A stretch of DNA of 64,000 nucleotides from Clostridia bacterium (lineage in GTDB: Bacteria > Bacillota > Clostridia > Christensenellales > UBA1242), in the NCBI GenBank assembly GCA_017501645.1, contig JAFVWN010000065.1, positions 17,240 to 81,239 on the forward strand. The letters run 5' to 3'. Each line of letters starts with the position of its first letter. The stretch's first letter is position 1. This document shows positions 8,691-18,374 of the stretch, one piece after another. The notes under the pieces were generated by a model, which searched no databases, was not told where the DNA came from, and saw nothing but the letters and a program-made list of their open reading frames with translations. Both the position numbers and the translations under genes were made by a program.

Positions 8691-9299
8691 TTAAAACATA
8701 TAACTATCTTTTTTCTCAACCTGATTTTTTACAACTTTAATGCCTCGCTTTTTAAACTCTTTGTCCACTATTTTTTCGAGTTTTTTAACAGCTTTATCCA
8801 TATCATCTGTATAAATAACATAGTCGTAGTGCTTTCGTTGAGCATTTTCATAATCGACTCTATCAAAAAGCCTGATGGCAATTGTTTGTTCGTTTTCTCC
8901 CCTCTCTCTAAGTCTATCAAACAATATACCACGATTTTTTACAGTAACATATACACCAACAATGTCTATGTCTCTTTTTCTCATTTCCTTATAACTGTCA
9001 ACATCAATATCCTTGATTGCAACACAACCATCTTTGATTGCATTTTCATAAGAATCAAGACCTGTACCATAATATTGTTGGTCTTTATGAACTTTATTAT
9101 ATTCTAAGAAAAAGTTTTCCTTAATTTTTTCTTCAAATTGACTTTTTGTTAGATAAATATATGTTCCATTAACTTCTTTTTTTCTTAATTTTCTAGTTGT
9201 ATATGATTGAATTTTCCTCACATTTGGAAATCTTTCAATAACACTATAAAGTAATGGTGTTTTTCCTGAACCAGATGGCCCTGACATTATAATAAACAT
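8691..9299 (-). CDS. gmk: Guanylate kinase
   Basis: SGPSGSGKT P-loop, SYTTR..R..E..G..Y, YYGT, RL.ERG. Confidence 0.85.
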   Translation of the reverse strand: MFIIMSGPSGSGKTPLLYSVIERFPNVRKIQSYTTRKLRKKEVNGTYIYLTKSQFEEKIKENFFLEYNKVHKDQQYYGTGLDSYENAIKDGCVAIKDIDVDSYKEMRKRDIDIVGVYVTVKNRGILFDRLRERGENEQTIAIRLFDRVDYENAQRKHYDYVIYTDDMDKAVKKLEKIVDKEFKKRGIKVVKNQVEKKDSYMF

Positions 9300-9301
9300 A
9301 T

Positions 9302-11062
9302 TTACTCCTTTGTTAGTTCTTCAAATTCTTTTAATAGTGACTTATAAAGCTCAAATGCACCTTGTAATGTTTGTTTCTTGGTTAAATCCACACCAACAGT
9401 CTTTAAAAGTTCTACTGGAGGTATACTACTTCCTGCAGATAAAAAGTTTTTGTATTTTTTCAAATACTCTTTATCCCCTTTTAAAATGTTTTGAGCGATT
9501 GTACAAGCAGAAATAAAGCCTGTAGAATACTTATAAACATAATATGGTCTATAAAAGTGAGGAATCCTGCTCCATTCGTAGCAAGAATATTCTGTAGCCT
9601 TTGCAACATCTCCAAAATAAGAAGCTTGCAATTCTTTGTATTTTTCGTTTAAATCCTCTACCAAAATAGGTTTCTTTTGCTCAACTGTCGTATACACATA
9701 ATGTTCAAACTCGCTAAACATTGTTTGCCTGTATAAAGTTGTATAAAAATTGCTCAAAAGTTGGTGCACAAAATACAACTTTTCTTGCTTTTCTTTTGCA
9801 TTATTAAGCATAAAGTTAACAAGTAAAATCTCATTTACTATAGATGCAACTTCACAAGCAAAAATACTTGAATCGCTTTTTGTAATTGGCTGAGTATTGT
9901 CTGTATAATAGCTATGCATTGCGTGACCAAGCTCGTGAGCCAATGTTGAAACGCTTGAAAATTCATCTGTGTGGTTAAGAAGCACATATGGATGATATCC
10001 ATATACGCCCACGCAGAAACCACCACTGGTTTTTGCTGGCTTTTCATAAACATCAATCCAACCCCCAGCTATTGCCTTTTCCAAAACGCTGGTATAATCT
10101 TTGCCCATAATTTGAAGAGCTTCTAGAACAATTTTTGTGGCCTCTTCATAGGTGTATTTCTTATCTACTTTACCCATTTCTAGATAGTTGTCATAATAAT
10201 AAAAATCTTTTATTCCTAAAGCTTTTTTCTTAACCCTTTCAAACTCATAAAATAATGGAATATTCTCTCTTACCGTTTCAATAAGTGTTTTAAGCACTTT
10301 GGGAGAGGTTTTATCATTATTACAACATCTATCAAGAACAGACTTATACTTTTTAATGTTGGTAAAAAACATTGTCTCTTGCACATCATTTAAGTAAAGC
10401 CCACCAAGTGTATAGTTAAAGTCCGCAAAAGCTTTATGCATCATATTATATGCCTGTTTTCTAACTTTTGCATCCTCATCTCTAATTAGCACCGAATATG
10501 TTGCGTGAGTTAATTTTACTTTTCCATTTTTTGTTTTAATGTCACCAAACTTCAAGTCTATATCATTAAAATTATCAAAAGTTTCACCAAAGCCACCAAA
10601 TGATGCATTTTTATTAAGAACAGCAGATATTTTTTCGTTCAAAATATGCTTCTTGTCTTTCACTATATCTTCAAGCATTATATTATATTCTTCAAAATCT
10701 TTCTGTTTAGAAAACTCTAGTAAAACCTCTTTCTTATTTGAAGAAATCTCAGGAGTAATAAAGCTTAATTTTGGAGCAATTTCTTGTGCAAAAATTTGAT
10801 ACTCACTCTCAATTTTTCTAGAAAATAAATCTTTTCCATCAAGAGACTTTCTTAAAAATAAATAACAACCAAACCTGGTTTCCAACTCTTCTAGTTCCTT
10901 TGCCTCTTTTAAGTAAGAAAGTAGTCCTTGTCTTGTTTTCAATTTGCCTTTATAATTTAGCATACCTATTTGAATGGTTTTAATTTTTTCAAAATCGGCA
11001 TATACTTCATCTTCTGTTTTATATAAATCTCTTAAGTCCCAATCTGTTTTAATTTTATTCAT
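9302..11062 (-). CDS. pepF: Oligoendopeptidase F (M3B)
   Basis: WDL.DLY, WIDVYE...K.SG, HPYVLLN, TLAHELGHAMHS, EVAS, WSRIPHFY. Confidence 0.93.
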   Translation of the reverse strand: MNKIKTDWDLRDLYKTEDEVYADFEKIKTIQIGMLNYKGKLKTRQGLLSYLKEAKELEELETRFGCYLFLRKSLDGKDLFSRKIESEYQIFAQEIAPKLSFITPEISSNKKEVLLEFSKQKDFEEYNIMLEDIVKDKKHILNEKISAVLNKNASFGGFGETFDNFNDIDLKFGDIKTKNGKVKLTHATYSVLIRDEDAKVRKQAYNMMHKAFADFNYTLGGLYLNDVQETMFFTNIKKYKSVLDRCCNNDKTSPKVLKTLIETVRENIPLFYEFERVKKKALGIKDFYYYDNYLEMGKVDKKYTYEEATKIVLEALQIMGKDYTSVLEKAIAGGWIDVYEKPAKTSGGFCVGVYGYHPYVLLNHTDEFSSVSTLAHELGHAMHSYYTDNTQPITKSDSSIFACEVASIVNEILLVNFMLNNAKEKQEKLYFVHQLLSNFYTTLYRQTMFSEFEHYVYTTVEQKKPILVEDLNEKYKELQASYFGDVAKATEYSCYEWSRIPHFYRPYYVYKYSTGFISACTIAQNILKGDKEYLKKYKNFLSAGSSIPPVELLKTVGVDLTKKQTLQGAFELYKSLLKEFEELTKE

Positions 11063-11156
11063 ATTTATCTCCTATATTAATTATAACCAAAACAATCATA
11101 AAAGACAAACAATTTTAAGCATAAAAAAAATCAGGCTTTCGCCTGATTTATCTGTT

Positions 11157-11390
11157 TTACACTTTTTTGGTTTTTACATTTGAATCTTTTGAGAAAAGTC
11201 TTGTTCTTCTCATAATAAGTTGAATAAGCATCCATACACCAGCAAGACCAACAATTGCATAAAGAATTCTTGTAACTATTCCAACGCCAAAAATCCAAGT
11301 CACTAAGTTCCAAGAGAATACGCCAACTAAAAACCAGTTAACACATCCAAAAATCATTATTGATAAAGCCACAATATTTGCAATTATCAT
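11157..11390 (-). CDS. DUF378 family small membrane protein
   Basis: I.G..NW.LVG.F..NLV..IFG....RI.Y.IVGLAG. Confidence 0.85.
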   Translation of the reverse strand: MIIANIVALSIMIFGCVNWFLVGVFSWNLVTWIFGVGIVTRILYAIVGLAGVWMLIQLIMRRTRLFSKDSNVKTKKV

Positions 11391-11517
11391 ATATTTCCCC
11401 TCCTCTAGTTTAGTTAAAAATAGTATGTAACTCAAATAAAAAAACTATACAAAAAAGATTTTGTTTTAAAAAAAAGCACAAAAAAAACAGTAACGAAAGT
11501 TACTGTTTTGATTTTGA

Positions 11518-11856
11518 TTAAATAGTTCCATTATAAATAGAGTTTATAACAAGGAATGCAACGCAAAGAACAAGAATTGTGATAGAAATAGCAATTGTCC
11601 ATTTCTTAATCTTGCCTTGTAAAGATTCACCTTTATTTCTGTTATAGAAAGTATCAGCTTGACCAGTGATAGCGTTAGTACCACCTTCAGCATCACTCTT
11701 TTGACATAATGAAGCAATAATTAAAAAGATTGCACAAGCACAAATCAAGCAGGCTAAAACAATTTTAATAATAGGGAAAGATTTAACAATCCATTCAGCT
11801 CTCGCAGTGTCTTCACTTGCCATAAGGTTAACTATATTGATAAAATTTTGATTCAT
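11518..11856 (-). CDS. secG: Preprotein translocase subunit SecG
   Basis: Two TM helices with Q.S...GG..AI.G loop; near pgk-tpiA. Confidence 0.75.
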   Translation of the reverse strand: MNQNFINIVNLMASEDTARAEWIVKSFPIIKIVLACLICACAIFLIIASLCQKSDAEGGTNAITGQADTFYNRNKGESLQGKIKKWTIAISITILVLCVAFLVINSIYNGTI

Positions 11857-11922
11857 AATCTCCTCCAAAAACGCCAGTATTATAGCACATATACACTATT
11901 TGTGCAAGCACTTTTATACTAT

Positions 11923-12150
11923 TTATAATACAAAATAAACCACAGCCATTGCAATAAGAGCAATTATCATAACAACAAAGGCTATTTTAGTAAGAGTTTT
12001 GTTTCCACCAATCCATTTGCCACCATTTTTTCCGTCAAGGAACAAAATCATACAAAAGAAAGCAAACAAACTAACATATAGAATAGTCAACTTCTTTTCT
12101 TGAGTTGTTTGTGCAAGTAGCAGATTAAAATTAAAAATTAGATACTGCAT
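11923..12150 (-). CDS. Small membrane protein
   Basis: Two hydrophobic helices; AAGGAAG RBS. Confidence 0.55.
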   Translation of the reverse strand: MQYLIFNFNLLLAQTTQEKKLTILYVSLFAFFCMILFLDGKNGGKWIGGNKTLTKIAFVVMIIALIAMAVVYFVL

Positions 12151-12217
12151 AACTCTTCCTTTAGTTTTTTCTTAAATTTTAGCACGAAGCAGTAGTTTTG
12201 TCAATATCTAACAAGTT

Positions 12218-12931
12218 CTAGCTGTTGCAAATTTTGGCAAATTCATTAGGGTCTTTACTAGCCCCACCAACTAAAAGTCCATCAACACTCTCTAGTGCAA
12301 GAATTTCTTCCGCATTAGAAACTTTAACGCTTCCGCCATAAAGCACTTCAGGCATATAACCTATAACCTTTCTTGCTTCCTCTTTAATTACTTTTGTGAC
12401 AGGTTCAATGTCTTCAGTTTTCATTGTTTTTCCTGTTCCAATAGCCCAAACTGGTTCAAAAGCAATTATCAATTTCTCTCCAGCATCAACTCCATCAAGA
12501 AGAACTTCAATTTGCTTTTTGATATTTTCTTCAAATCCATCTCCGCCATCATCAGCAAGACAAACAATAACCGCCAAACCTTCCTTATGAGCCTGTTTAA
12601 TTTTTTTATTAACAATCTCATCAGTTTCACCATAGTATCTTCTTCTTTCACTATGGCCAAGAATTACCATATCTGCCCCAGCACTCTTGAGCATTTTAGC
12701 ACTTACTTCACCAGTATAAGCACCCTCTTCCTCATCTGCACAGTTTTGAGCACCCACAAAAATATCAGTGTCTTCCAAAAGTTCTTCCATTGGCTTAATA
12801 CCAACAAAACTTGGACAAACTGCAATATTATGTTTACTTTCTGCAACTAAAGACTTAAACTCTTCAGCATATTCCTCAACTTCTTCAATGGTTTTAAACA
12901 TTTTAAAGTTTGCAACAACCCACTTTCTCAT
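12218..12931 (-). CDS. tpiA: Triosephosphate isomerase
   Basis: ANFKM, GAYTGEVS, GHSERR, EPVWAIGTG, YGGSV, DG.LVGGAS. Confidence 0.95.
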   Translation of the reverse strand: MRKWVVANFKMFKTIEEVEEYAEEFKSLVAESKHNIAVCPSFVGIKPMEELLEDTDIFVGAQNCADEEEGAYTGEVSAKMLKSAGADMVILGHSERRRYYGETDEIVNKKIKQAHKEGLAVIVCLADDGGDGFEENIKKQIEVLLDGVDAGEKLIIAFEPVWAIGTGKTMKTEDIEPVTKVIKEEARKVIGYMPEVLYGGSVKVSNAEEILALESVDGLLVGGASKDPNEFAKICNS

Positions 12932-12941
12932 AGCCAACTCC

Positions 12942-14126
12942 TTATTTATCCTCAAGCATCTCAACGCCAGGAAGAACAGCACCTTCCAAGAACTTCAATG
13001 TTGCTCCACCACCAGTTGAAAGGTGAGTAACTTTTGAAGCGTAACCAAGTTCTGTAATAGCAGCAACACTATCACCACCGCCTACAACACTTACAGCATC
13101 ACTCTTAGCAACAGCTTTTGCAATTTTCTTAGTTCCTTTTTGGAATTTTTTGAACTCATAAACACCTAAAGGTCCATTCCAAACAATAGTTTTTGCTTTC
13201 TTGATTTCTTTAGCAAACAACTTTCTTGTCTTGTTTCCAATATCCATACCTTGGAAACCATCAGGAATATTGAAAGCATCAACTTGTTTAGCTTTTGCAT
13301 CTGGAGAAAACTCATTTGCAATCACCACATCAACAGGAAGAACAACTTTTACATTAAGTTTTTCAGCTTCTTCTAAAATGCTTTTTGCAACATTAATTTT
13401 ATCTTCTTCGTATCTGCTCATACCAAGCTTTCCGCCAAGAGCAGCAATAAAGGTGTACGCCATTGCACCACCAATTAAAAAGACATTTGCCTTTTTTAAA
13501 AGTTTAGCAATAACACCAATCTTGTCACTAATCTTAGCACCACCAAGAACAACAACAAATGGAGGTTCTGCGCCATCCACAGCTTTAGATAAAGAAACAA
13601 TTTCTTTACTCATTAAAAATCCTGCAACTGCTGGTAAATGACGAGCAATGCCTGCGGTTGAAGCGTGTGCTCTATGCGCAGTACCGAATGCATCATTTAC
13701 ATAAATATCAGCAAGGTTTGCTAGGTCTTTAGCAAAGTTGTCATCATTCTCCTCTTCTTCTTTATAGAAGCGAATATTTTCAAGCATAACAATTTCGCCA
13801 TTCTCCATTTCACCAGTAAGTTTCTTTGCACTTTCACCAATAGCATCACTAGCAAGTTTAACCGGAACACCTAAGATTTCTTGTAATCTTTTTGCCACTG
13901 GAGCAAGAGAAAATTTTGGATTAAACATTCCCTTTGGTCTACCCAAGTGAGAGCACAAGATAACTTTAGCTCCTTGGTGAACTAAATAATTAATTGTAGG
14001 CACTGCAGCCATAATTCTTGTATCGTCTAAAATTTTATTACTTTCGTCCATAGGGACATTGAAGTCTACACGGACAAAAACTTTTTTGCCAACAACTTCT
14101 ATATCTTTAAATGTTTTTTTATTCAT
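12942..14126 (-). CDS. pgk: Phosphoglycerate kinase
   Basis: VRVDFNVP, SHLGRP, NDAFGTAHRAHAS, WNGP.GV.E, STGGGA. Confidence 0.97.
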   Translation of the reverse strand: MNKKTFKDIEVVGKKVFVRVDFNVPMDESNKILDDTRIMAAVPTINYLVHQGAKVILCSHLGRPKGMFNPKFSLAPVAKRLQEILGVPVKLASDAIGESAKKLTGEMENGEIVMLENIRFYKEEEENDDNFAKDLANLADIYVNDAFGTAHRAHASTAGIARHLPAVAGFLMSKEIVSLSKAVDGAEPPFVVVLGGAKISDKIGVIAKLLKKANVFLIGGAMAYTFIAALGGKLGMSRYEEDKINVAKSILEEAEKLNVKVVLPVDVVIANEFSPDAKAKQVDAFNIPDGFQGMDIGNKTRKLFAKEIKKAKTIVWNGPLGVYEFKKFQKGTKKIAKAVAKSDAVSVVGGGDSVAAITELGYASKVTHLSTGGGATLKFLEGAVLPGVEMLEDK

Positions 14127-14246
14127 TATAATTACACCTCACACAAAAATTTCTTTTGTACTTATATTTTATCAAAAACCAAAATGTATTGTCAAACAAC
14201 TTATATATTTAGTAATATATAATTTGCCTTTTCAGTTTTTTTTTGC

Positions 14247-15188
14247 TTAATTATTAAAAATTTCTCTTAAAATTTGTTTTACTGCATCAATTCTTTCTTC
14301 TTTTAAGAGCTTTGCCCTAGTTTCAGGAGCGACTTTAATCTTCTTTAAATAAAATGCGATATGAGTTCTCATATTCAAAACAACAAACTTTTCGCTATAA
14401 TGTTTTAAGAGGTAATCAATATGAAAAAAGATATCTTGAAGCTTGTTTGTTGGCATTTTATTTTCTAATATTTCCGCAAAAACTTCAGGTCTTCCAAGAG
14501 CCCCTCTTGCAATCATAACCCCGTCAGCATTTGTTACTTTTAAAATGTTTTCGTAACTTTCTCTATCAACACAATCGCCACTTACAATCACAGGTATAGA
14601 CACTGCTTCTTTAACAGCTTTTGCAATCATTAAATCCGCCTTTCCGCTATAACCTTGAACCTTTGTTCTTGCGTGTATTGTAATAGCACTTGCCCCTGCC
14701 TTTTCCATAGCTTTTGCAAACTCTACGGCATTAATAGAATTTTCATCAATTCCACTTCTAAACTTAACAGTAATTGGTCTGTCAGTAGCTCTTACACAAG
14801 CTTTTACAATTTCACTAGCCTTATCAATATCCGCCATAAGTGCAGAGCCTTCCCCATTACCATAAATCTTAGGCGCAGGACACCCCATATTTATATCAAT
14901 AATATCAAATTTTTCTAAGCAAGGAAGTTTAATCGCTTCATAAAAAACTTCTGGCTCACTTCCAAAAAGTTGAACAGCACAAGGCTCTTCATTTTTTGCA
15001 GTAATAAGTAAATCTTCAGTTTTTTTGTTACCATATGTTAGAGCTTTCGCACTCACCATTTCAGTAAAAGTAAGCCCTGCACCATATTTTTTTGCAAGAC
15101 ATCTAAAACCAACATCACTATAACCCGCAATTGGTGCAAGCATTAGATTGTTTTTTAATTCTACATTTTTAATTATTAGTTTTTTCAT
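14247..15188 (-). CDS. dusB: tRNA-dihydrouridine synthase B
   Basis: LAP.AG.SD..FR, TEMVSA, QLFGS, DINMGCP, HART, GVMIARGA. Confidence 0.93.
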   Translation of the reverse strand: MKKLIIKNVELKNNLMLAPIAGYSDVGFRCLAKKYGAGLTFTEMVSAKALTYGNKKTEDLLITAKNEEPCAVQLFGSEPEVFYEAIKLPCLEKFDIIDINMGCPAPKIYGNGEGSALMADIDKASEIVKACVRATDRPITVKFRSGIDENSINAVEFAKAMEKAGASAITIHARTKVQGYSGKADLMIAKAVKEAVSIPVIVSGDCVDRESYENILKVTNADGVMIARGALGRPEVFAEILENKMPTNKLQDIFFHIDYLLKHYSEKFVVLNMRTHIAFYLKKIKVAPETRAKLLKEERIDAVKQILREIFNN

Positions 15189-15228
15189 AAATATATTATA
15201 ACAAATTAGTTATAACAATGAAACATTT

Positions 15229-16800
15229 TTAATGTTTTTTTTGCTTAATTTTGAATATTTTACAAGAAATATCCTTTCCTTTGTACAAAATAGCCACAAA
15301 AAAGAAATAAATTGCAACCACAAGCATTATTGTTAAGAAAAACGCCAAGTAATAATTCATAAGATTAACGAATATTTCAAACAGATACTTAGAAAAATAA
15401 ATACATAAACTTATTACTAAAACAGCTAATATTTTTAAGTCTTGTTTTACTATTCCCTGTTTTTTAAGCACAATTAAGTTTATTATTAAAGCAACTAAAT
15501 AACAAGTAACTGTCGAGACTTCCGCCCCTAAAATACCAACACTAGAAATCCTTATAACTGTTAAATTAAGAATCACTTTTACAACACCAGCAAAAGCCAA
15601 TGATAGCAATGGTATTTTAAATTTCCCAATGCCTTGTAAAAGCCCTGTTGAAACCTGTAAAAGTGCCAAATAAAAAACACCAACGCTTGCAATTTCTAAA
15701 AGATTTGTCGCTATTTTTATTTGTTCAAAAGTTAAACTTTTTCCATACAACAATCTAATGATTTGCTCTGCAAAAGTAAAACAACCAACTGCAGACGGAA
15801 GAGCAAAAATAACAGTAAGTAAAACAGCTTTATTACTTGCTTGAACCACCCCTTCTTTATCCCCTTTACTAAGCCTTGCAGAAACGCAAGGAAGAACTGC
15901 AGTTGCCACAGAAAGAGATAAAACTACAGGCATATTAATAATAGACCCAACTGTTCCTGTTTGAAGCCCAAACAAAGAAGTTGCATAAGATTCACTATAC
16001 CCCTGACCTTTTAAAATATTTATAACAACCAAACTATCTATAAGCATAGTTAACGGCATAATAAGTCCGCCAAGAGTAACAAAAAGAGAAAGTGATAAAA
16101 TCTGTTTTGCTGTACTTTTTACAGAAAGAATTTCCCCTTGATTTTGCAACAACATTCGGTTTTGTTTTTTTCTTTTTATTATGTATGATAAAAATAAATA
16201 CAAAAGGGCAACTAACTCACTTATTGAAACGCCTATAAGAGCCCCCAAAACCCCATATGAAACACCTTTTTTAATTAAATAACCCGCAAATAGCAAACCA
16301 AAAGCCATTTTTATAATTTGTTCAATAAATCCAGAAATAGCTGACGGAGTCATACATTGAAAGCCTTGAAAATAGCCCCTAAAGCCAGAAATTAATCCCA
16401 CAAGAACAATTGCAGGAGCTAAACCATAGTAACAGATTTTTGCACCATAATTACCTTGAAATTTAGCAAAAACACCTGCAAATACAACCACAATTAAAGT
16501 ACATAAAACAGAAAAACAAACAAGCAGTAAAAAGGAAACTTTAAGTATCCTATTTGCTTGTTTGTAATTGTTTTTTGCAATATTTTCACTTATCAATTTT
16601 GAAATACTAGACGGTATTCCACTACTTGAAATTGTAAGCATAAGAGTATAAAGAGGAAACACCATTTGATAAAGTCCCATCCCCTCTGCACCAACAATAC
16701 TCGTAAGTGGAATTCTATAAACAGCTCCAACAATTTTTGAAATTAATCCAAACAGCATTAAAACAAAAGCCCCCGAAGCAAATCCGCCAGTTTTTTTCAT
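15229..16800 (-). CDS. SpoVB/YabM-like MOP-superfamily flippase (polysaccharide biosynthesis protein)
   Basis: KIVGAVYRIPL...VG.EGMGLYQM.FP.Y, RGYFQG, ~14 TM segments. Confidence 0.88.
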   Translation of the reverse strand: MKKTGGFASGAFVLMLFGLISKIVGAVYRIPLTSIVGAEGMGLYQMVFPLYTLMLTISSSGIPSSISKLISENIAKNNYKQANRILKVSFLLLVCFSVLCTLIVVVFAGVFAKFQGNYGAKICYYGLAPAIVLVGLISGFRGYFQGFQCMTPSAISGFIEQIIKMAFGLLFAGYLIKKGVSYGVLGALIGVSISELVALLYLFLSYIIKRKKQNRMLLQNQGEILSVKSTAKQILSLSLFVTLGGLIMPLTMLIDSLVVINILKGQGYSESYATSLFGLQTGTVGSIINMPVVLSLSVATAVLPCVSARLSKGDKEGVVQASNKAVLLTVIFALPSAVGCFTFAEQIIRLLYGKSLTFEQIKIATNLLEIASVGVFYLALLQVSTGLLQGIGKFKIPLLSLAFAGVVKVILNLTVIRISSVGILGAEVSTVTCYLVALIINLIVLKKQGIVKQDLKILAVLVISLCIYFSKYLFEIFVNLMNYYLAFFLTIMLVVAIYFFFVAILYKGKDISCKIFKIKQKKH

Positions 16801-16828
16801 ATTACTAGTATAATCTAAATAATAGAAA

Positions 16829-17425
16829 TTAAACCACTTGTTCAAAAGTTATATCAAAAGAAATAGTTGACGATTCAAGCTTGTTTCCAGCCTTTCCAGA
16901 AAGCCAAATAAGAAAAGTATATTCTTCCTTATCTTCACTTGCAGGCACTGTTGCAAGCTCAATTTTGTCCCCAGCAAGAGATTTTGTGCTGTCATCAATT
17001 CCTTTTATTGCAACCATTATATTTTCCCTTTCTTTTGCAATATCTTCAGCACTTTCTTTTTCGTTTTCTATTTTTATATTTTGAATAGAAACTTTTGCCC
17101 CCTCTGGCGCATAGAGCTTAAATTTTGCATACTGCCCCTCACTGCCTTGCTTATCTGTAATGGTTGTTGGTATGCTAGTTAAAGAATCCTCTTCACCTGT
17201 TGCAGGCTTTAGCCCAAGTTTCATTTGTGAAAGTTTTAACTCATCAAGAGTTTTTTCTCCATCACTTGCAAAAACTTGAATATTTCGAGCAACTGTCACC
17301 TTTGGATTTTTAACCTTAATAACCTCGTCTTTGTAAACAAATGCAGAAAAACAAGCACCTATAACAATAAAGGTCAACGCACTAAGAATTGTACAGACGG
17401 TCATTGCAATATTTTTTCTTTTCAT
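16829..17425 (-). CDS. Secreted protein, possible TasA/CalY-like SipW substrate
   Basis: Signal peptide ending IGACFSAF; C-terminal IWL...AGN......FDITFEQ; directly downstream of sipW-like gene. Confidence 0.55.
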   Translation of the reverse strand: MKRKNIAMTVCTILSALTFIVIGACFSAFVYKDEVIKVKNPKVTVARNIQVFASDGEKTLDELKLSQMKLGLKPATGEEDSLTSIPTTITDKQGSEGQYAKFKLYAPEGAKVSIQNIKIENEKESAEDIAKERENIMVAIKGIDDSTKSLAGDKIELATVPASEDKEEYTFLIWLSGKAGNKLESSTISFDITFEQVV

Positions 17426-17469
17426 AAAAAAAGCCTCCTTTCTAGCAATTATTTACTAGTAAGAAGACT

Positions 17470-18177
17470 TTATACATTAATTTTTCCAACAGCTCTTATA
17501 TCATTAGATATTTTAAAACTGAAATAGAAAGCAGAAATCATAAGAACAAATAGCCCCACAAAGGTAACAATACCATATGGAGTTCTAAAAAAGGATATAA
17601 TTCCTCCAAGAACAAAAGCTGTTTTCACCCTTACCCCAATAATGTTTTCAAAAGCTACAGAACCCGGGTCACAAGTAAGGACATTTGTCCCTTTTGTAAT
17701 ATATTCAATCTCTCCCTTATCGTTAATAATAGTATCAACTATTCTGTGGGTTACAGTTTCTCCATCGCTTTGACGAATAAAGGTTATATCTCTTCCAATA
17801 TACACCTCATCTCTAGAAGTTACCTTTTTTATTATTATACAGTCACCCTTGTCAAAATCTTGCTTCATACTGTGGGATGCAACCATATAAACAATATAAC
17901 CAAAAAAGTTATGTCCTTCTCTAGGATTAATAATGATAAGTGAAAAGAACACAAAAATTGGAACAAGTATAAGAACTAAAACCCAAACCGCCATACGAGC
18001 AAAAGCTTTTGTAATTCTTTTTTTCCTAAGTTTTTTATAACTTTCAAGCTCGTCATAGTTGTCAATTTGACTCTTTTTAAGAGCAGCAATTGGCTTATCT
18101 TGGTCAGCAAAAACAACAGGTTGCAATTGCGACCTATGTTCTTCACCTTTTATTTTTTTACTAAAAAGATTAGCCAA
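17470..18177 (-). CDS. Signal peptidase I, SipW/ER type (S26B)
   Basis: VASHSM (catalytic Ser), GD.II, DITF, VTHRI (His), ITKG, IIG; flanking TM helices. Confidence 0.85.
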   Translation of the reverse strand: MANLFSKKIKGEEHRSQLQPVVFADQDKPIAALKKSQIDNYDELESYKKLRKKRITKAFARMAVWVLVLILVPIFVFFSLIIINPREGHNFFGYIVYMVASHSMKQDFDKGDCIIIKKVTSRDEVYIGRDITFIRQSDGETVTHRIVDTIINDKGEIEYITKGTNVLTCDPGSVAFENIIGVRVKTAFVLGGIISFFRTPYGIVTFVGLFVLMISAFYFSFKISNDIRAVGKINV

Positions 18178-18374
18178 TATCTTTACCTCATAATAATATT
18201 ATAACTTTTCACCCCAATTTGTCAAACAAGAAACGCAGTCAAATAAAATTCTTTTTTATTATATATAAAAACAAATAAGAAAGCATTTCAAAACTGCTTT
18301 ATTAAAATTAATCCTCATTTTTTATCAATTATACACAACGAATAAAAAAAACGAGGGATTAACCTCGTTTTTTA

